Source of the DNA: a bacterium
GTDB lineage: Bacteria > Patescibacteriota > Minisyncoccia > UBA10092
NCBI GenBank assembly: GCA_021790275.1
Contig: JAJYIB010000002.1
Location: 1-36,227, forward strand
Reading direction: 5' to 3'
DNA length: 36,227 nt
Positions 7,908 to 17,084 of the stretch are shown here, in pieces. A program made the translations under genes and the position numbers. The notes under the pieces are model-generated. The model was not told where the DNA came from. It searched no databases and worked only from the letters and a program-made list of their open reading frames with translations. The first letter of the stretch is position 1. Each line of letters starts with the position of its first letter.

Positions 7908-9311
7908 TTATTGGCTTATATTAGCTTTGTTTTGTAAATCTTGATGTTCAATTTTTGATTTCATCGTGGGGAAAAGTATGATTTCCCGCAACGTGTGCGA
8001 ATCGGTTAAAAGCGCGGCCAGCCGGTCGATGCCCAGTCCGAATCCGGCGCAAGGAGGCATTCCATATTCCAACGCTTCCAAAAAATCATTGTCGAGCCGG
8101 TGCGCTTCCTCTTCGCCTTTTTCACGCATCTTTTCCTGTTCTTCGAATCGTTTTCTTTGTTCTATCGGATTATTTTGTTCCGTAAAAGCTTTTACCAATT
8201 CGAATCCGCCGGCAAAAATCTGAAAAGCGTCGGCGCGGGATTTGTCATTTTTGAGGTCTTTGGAAAGAGGCAGTATTTCCGATGGAAACCCGCTGACGAA
8301 AGTCGGTTGTATCAAATGATGTTTGGCGATATCCAAATCTCCATACTCGTTGATCAAATCGCCGTAATTTTTTTCTTTGAACGGCTGTGAAAAATCTATC
8401 GAATGGTTTTCGTAATTTAAAACCAAATTTCCGTCGTTCGATTGTCCTACCAGACGGCGCAAAAATTCGGCGGTAAAATTTTTAAGATACGCCGAATCGC
8501 GATAAGCGGCATATACCTCGAGCATGGTGAATTCCGGATTGTGGTGCGCGTCGATACCTTCGTTTCTGAAACAGCGGCCGATTTCGTAAACTTTTTCGAA
8601 ACCGCCGACCAGCAGGCGTTTTAAATAAAGCTCCGGCGCCACGCGCAGATACAAATCGATATCCAGCGCGTTCAGATGAGTCTTGAAAGGCCTGGCCGAA
8701 GCGCCGCCGGGAATCGGCTGGAGCATCGGCGTTTCAAATTCCCGAAATCCGTTTTTATTCAAAAAATTTCTCACTTCGCTCACGATTGCCGAACGCTTCA
8801 AAAATTTTTCCTTTGCCGCCGGATTCATTATAAGATCCAGATATCTTTTGCGGTATCTTTCTTCGACATCTTTAAGACCATGCCATTTTTCGGGCAGAGG
8901 CCTTAAAGTTTTCGCGGCCATTTCGAAGCCGGAAACCGCGACGGTTTTTTCTTTTTTTTTGGTTTTAAAAAGCGAACCTTCGACTTCTATAAAATCGCCG
9001 ATATCGAAACCGGAAAAAAAATCGCCGTATTTATCGCCGTTTTTAAGATTTTTCCGGCTTAAAAAACACTGAATTTTGCCGCTTTCGTCTTCCAAATCGA
9101 AAAAGGCCGCTTTGCCGTGTTCGCGTATCGCCCGTATTCTGCCCGCCAGTCGAACTTTTTTGCCGATCAATCGCCAAATGAAAAAATTATAGAGAGTTTT
9201 TTTAATTTCGAAATCTCTTTTAACTTTGGCCGGATACGGGTCGCGGCCGGCGGCCTCGATCGATTCCAGTTTTTTTATTCTTATTTCGCGCAGTTCCTCG
9301 AGAGTCGGCAT
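7908..9311 (-). CDS. lysS: Lysyl-tRNA synthetase, class II
   Basis: An OB-fold N-terminal domain, then ...RYLDLIMNP..., ...FRNEGIDAHHNPEFTMLE..., ...GMPPCAGFGLGIDRL... Confidence 0.92.
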   Translation of the reverse strand: MPTLEELREIRIKKLESIEAAGRDPYPAKVKRDFEIKKTLYNFFIWRLIGKKVRLAGRIRAIREHGKAAFFDLEDESGKIQCFLSRKNLKNGDKYGDFFSGFDIGDFIEVEGSLFKTKKKEKTVAVSGFEMAAKTLRPLPEKWHGLKDVEERYRKRYLDLIMNPAAKEKFLKRSAIVSEVRNFLNKNGFREFETPMLQPIPGGASARPFKTHLNALDIDLYLRVAPELYLKRLLVGGFEKVYEIGRCFRNEGIDAHHNPEFTMLEVYAAYRDSAYLKNFTAEFLRRLVGQSNDGNLVLNYENHSIDFSQPFKEKNYGDLINEYGDLDIAKHHLIQPTFVSGFPSEILPLSKDLKNDKSRADAFQIFAGGFELVKAFTEQNNPIEQRKRFEEQEKMREKGEEEAHRLDNDFLEALEYGMPPCAGFGLGIDRLAALLTDSHTLREIILFPTMKSKIEHQDLQNKANISQ

Positions 9312-9327
9312 AAAAAAGTGTTTGAAA

Positions 9328-9792
9328 TTACTTTTCTATTTTTATTATTTTGTATTTTACCAAGCCGCCGGGTGTTTTCACTTCTACTTCGCTTCCCGCT
9401 TTTTGTCTCAGAAAAGCGCGGCCGAGCGGCGATTCGTTGGATATTTTTCCTTCCTGCGGTTTTGCTTCGGCGGATCCAACGATACTAAATGTCTCCATTC
9501 CTCTTGCCGATTTGACGTCGATTTTCGAACCGACGCGGACGATATTTTCCTCTCCCGTTTCTTCGATCAAAACGGCATTTTTCAAAAGATCTTCAAGTTC
9601 CGCGATGCGATTGTCATTTAACGATTGCGCTTCTTTCGCCTCGAAATATTCCGCGTTTTCGGAAAGGTCGCCCAAATCTTTGGCTTCCTGCAAGCGCTTG
9701 GCTATTTCCTGCCGCTTGGTTGTCTTCAATTCTTGCAATTCCTTTTTCAGCGCCTCGATGCCTTCTTTGCTCAAATATGTTTGTTTTGCCAT
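9328..9792 (-). CDS. greA: Transcription elongation factor GreA
   Basis: ...DLGDLSENAEYFEAKEAQSLNDNRIAELEDLL... coiled coil plus a C-terminal FKBP-like domain. Length is 154 aa. Confidence 0.92.
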   Translation of the reverse strand: MAKQTYLSKEGIEALKKELQELKTTKRQEIAKRLQEAKDLGDLSENAEYFEAKEAQSLNDNRIAELEDLLKNAVLIEETGEENIVRVGSKIDVKSARGMETFSIVGSAEAKPQEGKISNESPLGRAFLRQKAGSEVEVKTPGGLVKYKIIKIEK

Positions 9793-9841
9793 AAATTTTT
9801 TAATGATTGTGGCGATATGATAACAGTTTTAAGGCGATTTA

Positions 9842-11749
9842 TCAACTTTTACTGTTTGCCGTCTGGTTGGCGAACCATTGAAAAACTTCTTTGGCGACGG
9901 GCACGGCGGCCGACGAGCCCTCGCCGGCTCCTTCCAATACCACCGCCACGGCGATTTTCGGATCTTCGTAAGGCGCGAAACCGGTGAACCACGCATTTGT
10001 TTTCGTGAAATTCGAATAGACCTGCGCCGTGCCGGTTTTGCCCGCGACTTTTATCGGCAAACTATTAAGCAGACGCACCGATCCTTCGGTAACCGCGTCC
10101 CGCATTCCTTCTCTCACGATTTGAAGATTGTCTCCGCTTATGCCGATTTTTCTTTCTATTTCCGATTGAAATTCTTTTATCGTTTGATTGTTTTGGTCGG
10201 TGATTTTGGAAACGAGTCGCGGTTTGTAAAGCGCTCCGCCGTTGGCAATCGCGGCGATGCCGGCCGCAAGCTGAAGTGGCGTGACGGCCACATCGCCCTG
10301 TCCGATGGAAACGTTATACGTGTCGCCGGTGTACCAATCTTCGTGCTTCACCGATTTTTTCCACGCCGGGTCCGGCACAAGACCGCCCGTTTCTCCGGGC
10401 AGGTCGATGCCGGTATCTGAACCGAAACCGAAAAGATCGAGATATTTTTTAATCCTGTCGATGCCCAATCCTTTTATATTTTTGTATCCCCCGCCGATTT
10501 CGTAAAAATAAACATCGGCCGAAACGGCTATCGCCTTTCGCATATCGACAAACCCCTGCGGCCGCCAGTCGTGGTAAGTGTAGGATATTTTGGAATTATA
10601 CTGGTTGGGAATGGTGATGTAGCCGAGCGTATCGTCGATTTGATAGTTCGGATCGATGATATTTTCCGCCAAAGCGGCCGCGGCCAGAAACGGTTTTATG
10701 GTGGAACCGGACGGATAATAACCGGCGATGGCGCGGTTGAAAAACGGGTGCGCCGGATTGTCGATTAATTTTTGATAATCCGCTTGCGAAATTCCCGAGG
10801 AAAAAGCGCCGTTGTCGAAATTCGGCAGACTAACGAGTGATAAAACTCTTCCCGAATTAACGTCCAAAACCACCGCCGCCGCACCCGGAGAATTCGTTTG
10901 CGTCATTTCCGATTTCAATGCATCCGTTAAAATTTTTTGCAGATTTCCGTCGATATTCAAAACAAGATTATCGCCGGCCTGCGGATCCTGCGCCGCGAGC
11001 GTTTTTAAAGCGCCGTTGCCGGAATTTGCGGAAACGGCAACCTTGCCGGGCGTCCCGCGCAAATCCTTTTCGTATTGCGATTCCAGACCGTTCTTGCCTA
11101 TTACGCCAAGCGGCGAATAAAAAGAATCGTTCGCGATATCATCGGCCGAAACTTTTCCGACATAGCCGAGCAGATGGGAAAAATAAAGCCCGTCGGAATA
11201 TTCGCGCTTTGTCGATTTATTGATAAAAAGACCCGGCAAATCCATTTGATGCGTTTCGAAATTGACGATCGCCGTCTGATCCAAATCTGCTCCCAAAGAA
11301 ACCGGCTGGGCGGAATTTTTGTTGAGATTATTTACAAAATCAGAAATTTCCTGCGGCTTTTTCCCGACAATTCCGGCAACCCGATTTGTCCAAGCGTCTA
11401 GCTCGCTTTGTTTTTTTGGAATGTCGGACGGAATGGCCAGCAGATCGAAATCGGGAATGTTGGCGGCGATAATTTTTCCGTTTCGATCGTAAATCAATCC
11501 GCGCGGCGGCTGGCTGTCGTAAAGCCGGATGGCATTCTGACTGGCTTTGCGGGAATAATAATCGCCTTTGATGATTTGGAGATAAAAAGCTCTCGACAAA
11601 AAAACGGACAAAATCAGCAGGGCGGCGGCAAATAAAGCGAAAAACCAGCCGTTTTGTATCGGTATTTCCAGCTGTGAGGCCGATTTTTTGTCGAGAAGAA
11701 TTTCTTCCGGCTCGATTTCGATTCGGTTTTTTCTTAATCTTTCAACCAT
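9842..11749 (-). CDS. mrdA: Penicillin-binding protein 2 (elongasome transpeptidase)
   Basis: One N-terminal TM and a PBP dimerisation domain. The transpeptidase motifs are present (...SGSTIKPF..., ...KTGTAQ...). It lies directly downstream of mreBCD. Confidence 0.88.
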   Translation of the reverse strand: MVERLRKNRIEIEPEEILLDKKSASQLEIPIQNGWFFALFAAALLILSVFLSRAFYLQIIKGDYYSRKASQNAIRLYDSQPPRGLIYDRNGKIIAANIPDFDLLAIPSDIPKKQSELDAWTNRVAGIVGKKPQEISDFVNNLNKNSAQPVSLGADLDQTAIVNFETHQMDLPGLFINKSTKREYSDGLYFSHLLGYVGKVSADDIANDSFYSPLGVIGKNGLESQYEKDLRGTPGKVAVSANSGNGALKTLAAQDPQAGDNLVLNIDGNLQKILTDALKSEMTQTNSPGAAAVVLDVNSGRVLSLVSLPNFDNGAFSSGISQADYQKLIDNPAHPFFNRAIAGYYPSGSTIKPFLAAAALAENIIDPNYQIDDTLGYITIPNQYNSKISYTYHDWRPQGFVDMRKAIAVSADVYFYEIGGGYKNIKGLGIDRIKKYLDLFGFGSDTGIDLPGETGGLVPDPAWKKSVKHEDWYTGDTYNVSIGQGDVAVTPLQLAAGIAAIANGGALYKPRLVSKITDQNNQTIKEFQSEIERKIGISGDNLQIVREGMRDAVTEGSVRLLNSLPIKVAGKTGTAQVYSNFTKTNAWFTGFAPYEDPKIAVAVVLEGAGEGSSAAVPVAKEVFQWFANQTANSKS

Positions 11750-12248
11750 TTTTCAATTTTTTTATTTTAAGCATCAACGGCAAAATCATAATCGCGGCGA
11801 TAAGTTCGACGAAGATTCCCGGACCGGCAAAATAAAAAGCGATGTTCCCGGAAGCGCTGGCGCCGAAAAATGCCAGAATATTCACAATAATCCAGTTGAG
11901 AAAATGATAAATTACGATTCCGCTAACGGCGGCCATAAGAATATTCGCCGTTTTGCCGGCCAAAAAAACGGTTGATCGGAGCAAAATCAGAATTGCGGCG
12001 AAAACCAGCAAAATCAAGCCGTTCGTTCCGAAACCGGCAAAAGAAGAAGTGCTTGTGAGTAAACCGCCGAACCAGGAAAAAACCATCGCTTTCGCATTGT
12101 TTTTGGTAAGCGCCAAGTATATGGCGAGAATGACGAAAAAATTCAGGCCCGAAAAATACGGGTTAAGGAAGGCGATTTGAAATGCGGCCAAAAAAATCAA
12201 AAAAACGGCGGCGATTAAAAATCGGAATAATTTTTTGTAGGGTTTCAT
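11742..12248 (-). CDS. mreD: Rod shape-determining protein MreD
   Basis: A 168-aa polytopic membrane protein positioned between mreC and PBP2. Confidence 0.75.
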   Translation of the reverse strand: MKPYKKLFRFLIAAVFLIFLAAFQIAFLNPYFSGLNFFVILAIYLALTKNNAKAMVFSWFGGLLTSTSSFAGFGTNGLILLVFAAILILLRSTVFLAGKTANILMAAVSGIVIYHFLNWIIVNILAFFGASASGNIAFYFAGPGIFVELIAAIMILPLMLKIKKLKNG

Positions 12249-12249
12249 T

Positions 12250-13041
12250 TTATTTGACGCCAGTTATGACAAGCACACCGTTATAATCTTCGGGTTTTTC
12301 AATCGGTTCGATTTCGGCGGTATTGAAAATTTGGCTGTCTCGCGAATCCACTTTGGCGATTTTTCCGATTAAGTATCCTTTCGGCCAGATGCCGTCGGTT
12401 CCGGAAGAAATAATCAAATCGCCGATTTGCGGGATTTTGTTTTTGTCTATCAAATCGAGAATAATCGCCGAGCCGAGACCGCGTGCCAGGCCGCTGACGC
12501 CGCTTGTCGCCGTTTGGGCGGCGATGCGGCTTTGAGTATCGAATAGAGTCAAGATTCTGGCCGTGTTCGCGCTTGATTCGGCAACGCGGCCGACCAGCGC
12601 CCCGTTTTCGGAAATCACCGCCATCGCCGGATTTACGCCGTCACCCGATCCCTTGTCGATGACGAAAGACCGGTTGTTTTGAAAATCTCGCCCGATAATG
12701 TTTGCCGCTACCGTCGCTATTGATTTTTGAGACAGGTTGAATTTTTCTCGCAAAAGAGCGTTCTCCGCTTTGATTTCCGACATCTGTGCCAGTTTTTGGT
12801 TTAATTCGAGATTTTCGGAAATCAGACGCTCGTTTGATTTTTTTGTCTGTTTTATTTCAAAAATCGCGTTTTGCCAAAAAGTCAGCCATTTTTCCGATCT
12901 GCTGAAAATAATTTCCGCAGGCTTGAGCGCCGTTGTCGCCGATTGTCTTAAAAACAAAATAACGCCGCTCCGGCCGAAGAAAATTATAACCAAACTCGAC
13001 AAAAACAGCGCCAAAAACAAAATCAAATTTTTTCTTTCCAT
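12250..13041 (-). CDS. mreC: Rod shape-determining protein MreC
   Basis: An N-terminal TM, a coiled coil (...NERLISENLELNQKLAQMSEIKAENALLREK...), and a beta-rich C-terminal domain. Synteny supports the call. Confidence 0.85.
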   Translation of the reverse strand: MERKNLILFLALFLSSLVIIFFGRSGVILFLRQSATTALKPAEIIFSRSEKWLTFWQNAIFEIKQTKKSNERLISENLELNQKLAQMSEIKAENALLREKFNLSQKSIATVAANIIGRDFQNNRSFVIDKGSGDGVNPAMAVISENGALVGRVAESSANTARILTLFDTQSRIAAQTATSGVSGLARGLGSAIILDLIDKNKIPQIGDLIISSGTDGIWPKGYLIGKIAKVDSRDSQIFNTAEIEPIEKPEDYNGVLVITGVK

Positions 13042-13068
13042 ATCGCGTTTTTTTCCGTCAAATACCCG

Positions 13069-14103
13069 CTAATTGTTATGCACCAGAATTTCTTTCAGCG
13101 ATTCGACATCTTCCAAAATCAATCCACAGCCGCGCACCACGGCGGTGAGCGGGTCTTCGGCGAGTTTCGCCGGTATATCGGTAGCCTTTCGGACCATTTC
13201 AGGCAGGTCTCTCAATAAACTGCCGCCGCCGGCCAAAACTATGCCGCGAACCATTAAATCGCTGATCAGTTCCGGCGGCGTTTCTTCGACGACGGCGCGA
13301 ATTTCCGAAATTATGGCATCCACGGAAGGTGCGATGGCTTCGCTTATTTCCGAATCGCTGATCAAAGTTTCTCTCGGCAAGCCGCTTATCAAATCGCGTC
13401 CTTTGATCGTTGTTGTAAGCGGCTCTTTTAGCGGCGCCGCCGCGCCGATGGAAATTTTTATTTCTTCGGCGGTTTTTTCGCCGATCAGCAATTGAAATTC
13501 GTCGCGGACATATTGAATAATGTCTTCGTTCATTTTTTCGCCGGCAATACGCAAATTGCGCGAAACCACGATGCCGCCCAGCGAAACGACTATAATATCG
13601 GTGGTGCCGCCGCCGATATCGACGACCATACTGCCCACCGCTTCGGCGACCGGCAGGCGGGCGCCGATGGCCGCCGCCATCGGTTCTTCAACCAGATAAA
13701 CTTCTCTTGCGCCGGCATTGCGCACGGCATCTTCGACGGCGCGTCGTTCGACTTCCGTTACCCCCGACGGAATTCCGATAACCACTCGCGGTCGCGCCAG
13801 AAAATGATAGTGGCCTTGCTGAACCTTATTGAAAAAATACCGTAGCATCTGCTCGGTTACTTCAAAATCGGAAATAACGCCTTCGATGAGAGGACGCACC
13901 GCGGCAATATGGCCGGGTGTACGGCCGATCATTTTTTTGGCCGCCTCGCCTACGCTCAAAACCTGGTTCGTTTTTTTGTTGATGGCGACTATCGACGGCT
14001 CATTAATGATGATGCCTCGACCGCGCACGTATACCAGTGTATTGGCCGTGCCGAGGTCGATGCCGATATCGCGGGAAAAAAATTTAAACAATCGATCGAA
14101 CAT
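13069..14103 (-). CDS. mreB: Rod shape-determining actin homologue MreB
   Basis: ...DIGIDLGTANTLVYV...EPSIVAI...VVDIGGGTTD... are the actin-fold phosphate and adenosine motifs. Confidence 0.95.
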   Translation of the reverse strand: MFDRLFKFFSRDIGIDLGTANTLVYVRGRGIIINEPSIVAINKKTNQVLSVGEAAKKMIGRTPGHIAAVRPLIEGVISDFEVTEQMLRYFFNKVQQGHYHFLARPRVVIGIPSGVTEVERRAVEDAVRNAGAREVYLVEEPMAAAIGARLPVAEAVGSMVVDIGGGTTDIIVVSLGGIVVSRNLRIAGEKMNEDIIQYVRDEFQLLIGEKTAEEIKISIGAAAPLKEPLTTTIKGRDLISGLPRETLISDSEISEAIAPSVDAIISEIRAVVEETPPELISDLMVRGIVLAGGGSLLRDLPEMVRKATDIPAKLAEDPLTAVVRGCGLILEDVESLKEILVHNN

Positions 14104-14115
14104 TGTGATGAGTTT

Positions 14116-15366
14116 TTATTCAAATTTCAGTCGGGAAAAATCGGAAATCTTTGCCAGTTTCGCTTCTTTTTCGCTGCGCTTTTTCAATTCAATCGAATCT
14201 CTTTCGAGTGTTTTTTTGCTTATGACCGCCCGCAGAGGGATGCCGAGTAAATCGGCATCGGCGAATTTTTCACCGGCGGTTTTGTCGTCGCGGTCATCGT
14301 ACAACACTTCGATTCCGCCCGCAACCAGATCGCGATAAATTTTTTCCGCGCGACTTTTGATGTCGGCATCTCCGCCGGAAATTTCAATCAGATGAATTTT
14401 GAACGGCGCGATTTCTTCCGGCCAAATTATTCCCTTTTCATCGTTATGGGTTTCGACAACCGTTCCCATAAGCCGCCCCAGTCCGATGCCGTATGATCCC
14501 ATAATCACAAGTTCTTTTTTTCCTATGGCGTTTGTGAATTGTAAATCGAAAGCCGATGAATATTTCGTTCCCAGCGGGAAAAGATTGCCGACTTCGATTG
14601 TCTTTTCCATTTTCACCTTTCCCCCGCATTTGGGACATTCGCCGCCGTTTTTGAGTTTTGAAATTTCCTTGTTTTCCGCGTATTCGCATTTGCCGCAGAT
14701 AAAAATTATATCTTCACCGGCCGGCGCGGCGACTTGGAATTCGTGCGTGTTGCTGGCGGTAAAAACTCCGCCGGCCGCCAACGTATAAAAAGCTTTCAAA
14801 TCACAACGCTCGAAAATTTTAAAATATGCCGCTTTCACTTTTTCGTAAAAATCGTTCAGATCTTTTTCCGAAGCGTGAAAGCTGTACAAATCCTTCATTA
14901 TGAATTCGCGGCCGCGCAAAAGACCGGATTTCGCTCTCGGCTCGTTTCTGAATTTCGTCTGGACCTGATAGGCGGCGAAAGGCAAATCTTTGTAAGAATT
15001 CACGTATCGGCCGGCGACGGCTGTCAACACTTCTTCATGCGTCCAACCCATCACGAAATCGGCGGTTTTTTCATTTTTGCCTTTTGCTTCAAATCCGATC
15101 GGCACATCCCAGCGGCCCGTGGCGTCGAGATATTTTTTTTCGACCAGGGCGGACATAAACATTTCCTGGCCGCCGATGGCGTTCATTTCTTCTCTGATGA
15201 TTTTCGCGATTTTTTCAAGCGTTCGCCAGCCGAGTGGCAGGTATGTGTAAACTCCGGCGGAATTTTTATAAATAAAGCCGCCGCGCTCCAAAAGCCGCGC
15301 GTTGGCGCTGGTTTCGTCTTTCGGGTTTTCCCGCAAGGTGTGGCCGAAAATTTGCGATTGTTTCAT
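14116..15366 (-). CDS. proS: Prolyl-tRNA synthetase, bacterial-type core lacking the INS editing domain
   Basis: MKQSQIFGHTLRENP... aligns with the canonical ProRS N-terminus. Motif 2 is ...FRNEPRAKSGLLRGREFIMKDLYSFH..., motif 3 is ...GSYGIGLGRL..., and a C-terminal anticodon-binding domain follows. I prefer the ATG at 15366 over 15393. Confidence 0.88.
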   Translation of the reverse strand: MKQSQIFGHTLRENPKDETSANARLLERGGFIYKNSAGVYTYLPLGWRTLEKIAKIIREEMNAIGGQEMFMSALVEKKYLDATGRWDVPIGFEAKGKNEKTADFVMGWTHEEVLTAVAGRYVNSYKDLPFAAYQVQTKFRNEPRAKSGLLRGREFIMKDLYSFHASEKDLNDFYEKVKAAYFKIFERCDLKAFYTLAAGGVFTASNTHEFQVAAPAGEDIIFICGKCEYAENKEISKLKNGGECPKCGGKVKMEKTIEVGNLFPLGTKYSSAFDLQFTNAIGKKELVIMGSYGIGLGRLMGTVVETHNDEKGIIWPEEIAPFKIHLIEISGGDADIKSRAEKIYRDLVAGGIEVLYDDRDDKTAGEKFADADLLGIPLRAVISKKTLERDSIELKKRSEKEAKLAKISDFSRLKFE

Positions 15367-15373
15367 AATAGCG

Positions 15374-15401
15374 ATTTTACAACGAATTGTCATCGCGGCA
15401 A
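15374..15401 (-). promoter_or_regulatory. Candidate proS promoter (leaderless geometry)
   Basis: On the minus strand: TTGCCG, 16 nt, TAAAAT, then 7 nt to the ATG at 15366. No SD site. Confidence 0.4.
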
Positions 15402-15442
15402 AGATTGACAGAAAATAAAAATTATTTGCTATAAAAATAATG

Positions 15443-15463
15443 GGGCGCGGCTTTGCCGCGCCC
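15443..15463 (-). terminator. Intrinsic terminator of the small orphan ORF
   Basis: GGGCGCGGC-TTT-GCCGCGCCC is a perfect 9-bp GC stem. On the minus strand it is followed by ATTATTTTTAT. Confidence 0.75.
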
Positions 15464-15488
15464 TTTGCCCAAGAAACACGAGAGTTTC

Positions 15489-15788
15489 TTAGGCGGTGTT
15501 TATGACCGGGATTGTCGCGGCGTCAACCGCGAGCCCCAAATCCAGATCGCCTATGCTTAAGGCGATCTCGCTTATTTCAACGGCGGCGTTTTCCGCCGCG
15601 CGCAACGGAAAAACACTGATGCCTCCCATTGCATTGCGGCGCGTACGCGCGCCGATCAACCTCAATTCCTTACGCAGCTCTCTCATAATTCCCGGAGGAA
15701 CTTCTGGGAATTCGATTTTGAATTTTTTTACGTTATCGTTACTCATTTCGATAACGGTTCCGAAAACGAGAAGATTGCCGCGCGACAT
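15489..15788 (-). CDS. Hypothetical 99-aa protein, no recognisable family
   Basis: AAGGAGG sits 5 nt upstream of the ATG at 15788. The product begins MSRGNLLVFGTVIEMSNDNVKKFKIEFPEVPPGIMRELRKELRLIG... A dedicated terminator follows. Confidence 0.6.
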   Translation of the reverse strand: MSRGNLLVFGTVIEMSNDNVKKFKIEFPEVPPGIMRELRKELRLIGARTRRNAMGGISVFPLRAAENAAVEISEIALSIGDLDLGLAVDAATIPVINTA

Positions 15789-16004
15789 AAAAACCTCCTT
15801 TTGCGGGTGTCCGACACCCTTAAATGTTTTTAATAAAAAAGGATTTCTCCCGCTTTTAACCAAAACCTCCTTTCTCTTCTATTATTTTTGGTCTCGCCGC
15901 CAAGCGAGACTTTGAATAAAACTATAATTAAAGAACCGTCTCAGAATAACATTAAATACAAAAGTTTGCAACACCAAATGCAGGGCATCTAATACCCCGC
16001 GATG

Positions 16005-17084
16005 TTATTTTAATCTCAAAATATCCCGATATGTTATCAAAGCGATCAGAATCAAAAGCAGAATCATTCCGGCGGAATTCACCGTATTTTCGATTTTCGG
16101 ATTAACTTTGCTTCCTTTGATTTTTTCTACACCCAAAAAAAACAGACGGCCGCCGTCGAGCGCCGGAAAAGGCACGAGATTCAAAACGGCCAAGTTTATG
16201 GAAATAACGGCGACAAGCTGAAGCAGGTATATAAAACCCAAACTGGCGGCTTTGCCGGTCAAAGCGGCAATGCCGACCGGGCCGGCGATGCCGCTCGGAA
16301 TTCGGCCGGTGGCGAAAAGATTTTTCAGAAGATCGAAAAAGCCGATTATAACTTCCCGGGCGATGGCAAAAGCCGATTTTGTTCCCAGCCAAAAATTTTT
16401 ATACCAGGGATATCGGATTATTCCGGTTTTTACGATGGCGATTCCCAAAGCGCCCTCGCCTTCCGGTGGATTTATCCGCGGCGTAGTTTTTGTTTCAAAA
16501 AAACTGTTTCCCCTTTTAACGCCGATTATTAATTCTTTGCCGTTATCGGCGCTAACGGCATTTTGGAGCGCCGATACTTCTTTTATAGAAATATTTTTTC
16601 CGCCTATTTTAAGGTATTCGATCGCATCGCCGACTTGAATTCCCGCTTTAGCCGCCGGCGAGCCGGCGGCGATATCCAGAATCTGAATTTCCGTATTATT
16701 CGCGTAAGCCGCGTTGCTTTGATCTATGGCTTGCGGCAAACCTACGAAAAAACCGATGATGAGCAAAACAATCGCCAATAAAAAATTCATCACGACGCCG
16801 CTTACGGTTATAAGACCGCGGGTTCCGGCCGATTTCGAGGCAAAACTTCTCGGATTTTCGGTTTCGCCGCCGTCTTCGCCCAAAATTTTAACGAACCCGC
16901 CGAGCGGCAGAAGATTCAAAGAATAAAGCGTCTCGCCTTTTTTAACGCCGAAGATTCGCGGCGGAAAACCGATGCCGAATTCTTCGACAAGGAGCCCCTT
17001 TTTTTTGGCGGCGATAAAATGGCCGCACTCGTGCGCCAAAATCAAAACCGCCAGAACGGCGATGAATATAATCGCGGTCATCAT
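16005..17084 (-). CDS. rseP: RIP site-2 metalloprotease RseP/M50 with PDZ domain
   Basis: HECGHF (HExxH) in the first TM, a PDZ-like stretch (...AGSPAAKAGIQVGDAI...), and the C-terminal ...NLVPFPALDGG... motif. Confidence 0.9.
   Translation of the reverse strand: MMTAIIFIAVLAVLILAHECGHFIAAKKKGLLVEEFGIGFPPRIFGVKKGETLYSLNLLPLGGFVKILGEDGGETENPRSFASKSAGTRGLITVSGVVMNFLLAIVLLIIGFFVGLPQAIDQSNAAYANNTEIQILDIAAGSPAAKAGIQVGDAIEYLKIGGKNISIKEVSALQNAVSADNGKELIIGVKRGNSFFETKTTPRINPPEGEGALGIAIVKTGIIRYPWYKNFWLGTKSAFAIAREVIIGFFDLLKNLFATGRIPSGIAGPVGIAALTGKAASLGFIYLLQLVAVISINLAVLNLVPFPALDGGRLFFLGVEKIKGSKVNPKIENTVNSAGMILLLILIALITYRDILRLK

Noticed and set aside
15443-15463. Possible REP-like repeat family, because the hairpins at 15443-15463 and 36209-36227 share GGGCGCG(G)C-TTT-G(C)CGCGCCC
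   Set aside because: There are only two copies, both exactly where terminators are expected and both with U-tails. Convergent GC-stem terminators are the simpler explanation.
15789-15863. Longer 124-aa form of the orphan ORF, starting at the TTG at 15863
   Set aside because: The upstream AAGGAGG copy is only 2 nt from that TTG, which is too close. The ATG at 15788 has an ideal 5-nt spacing from the second copy.
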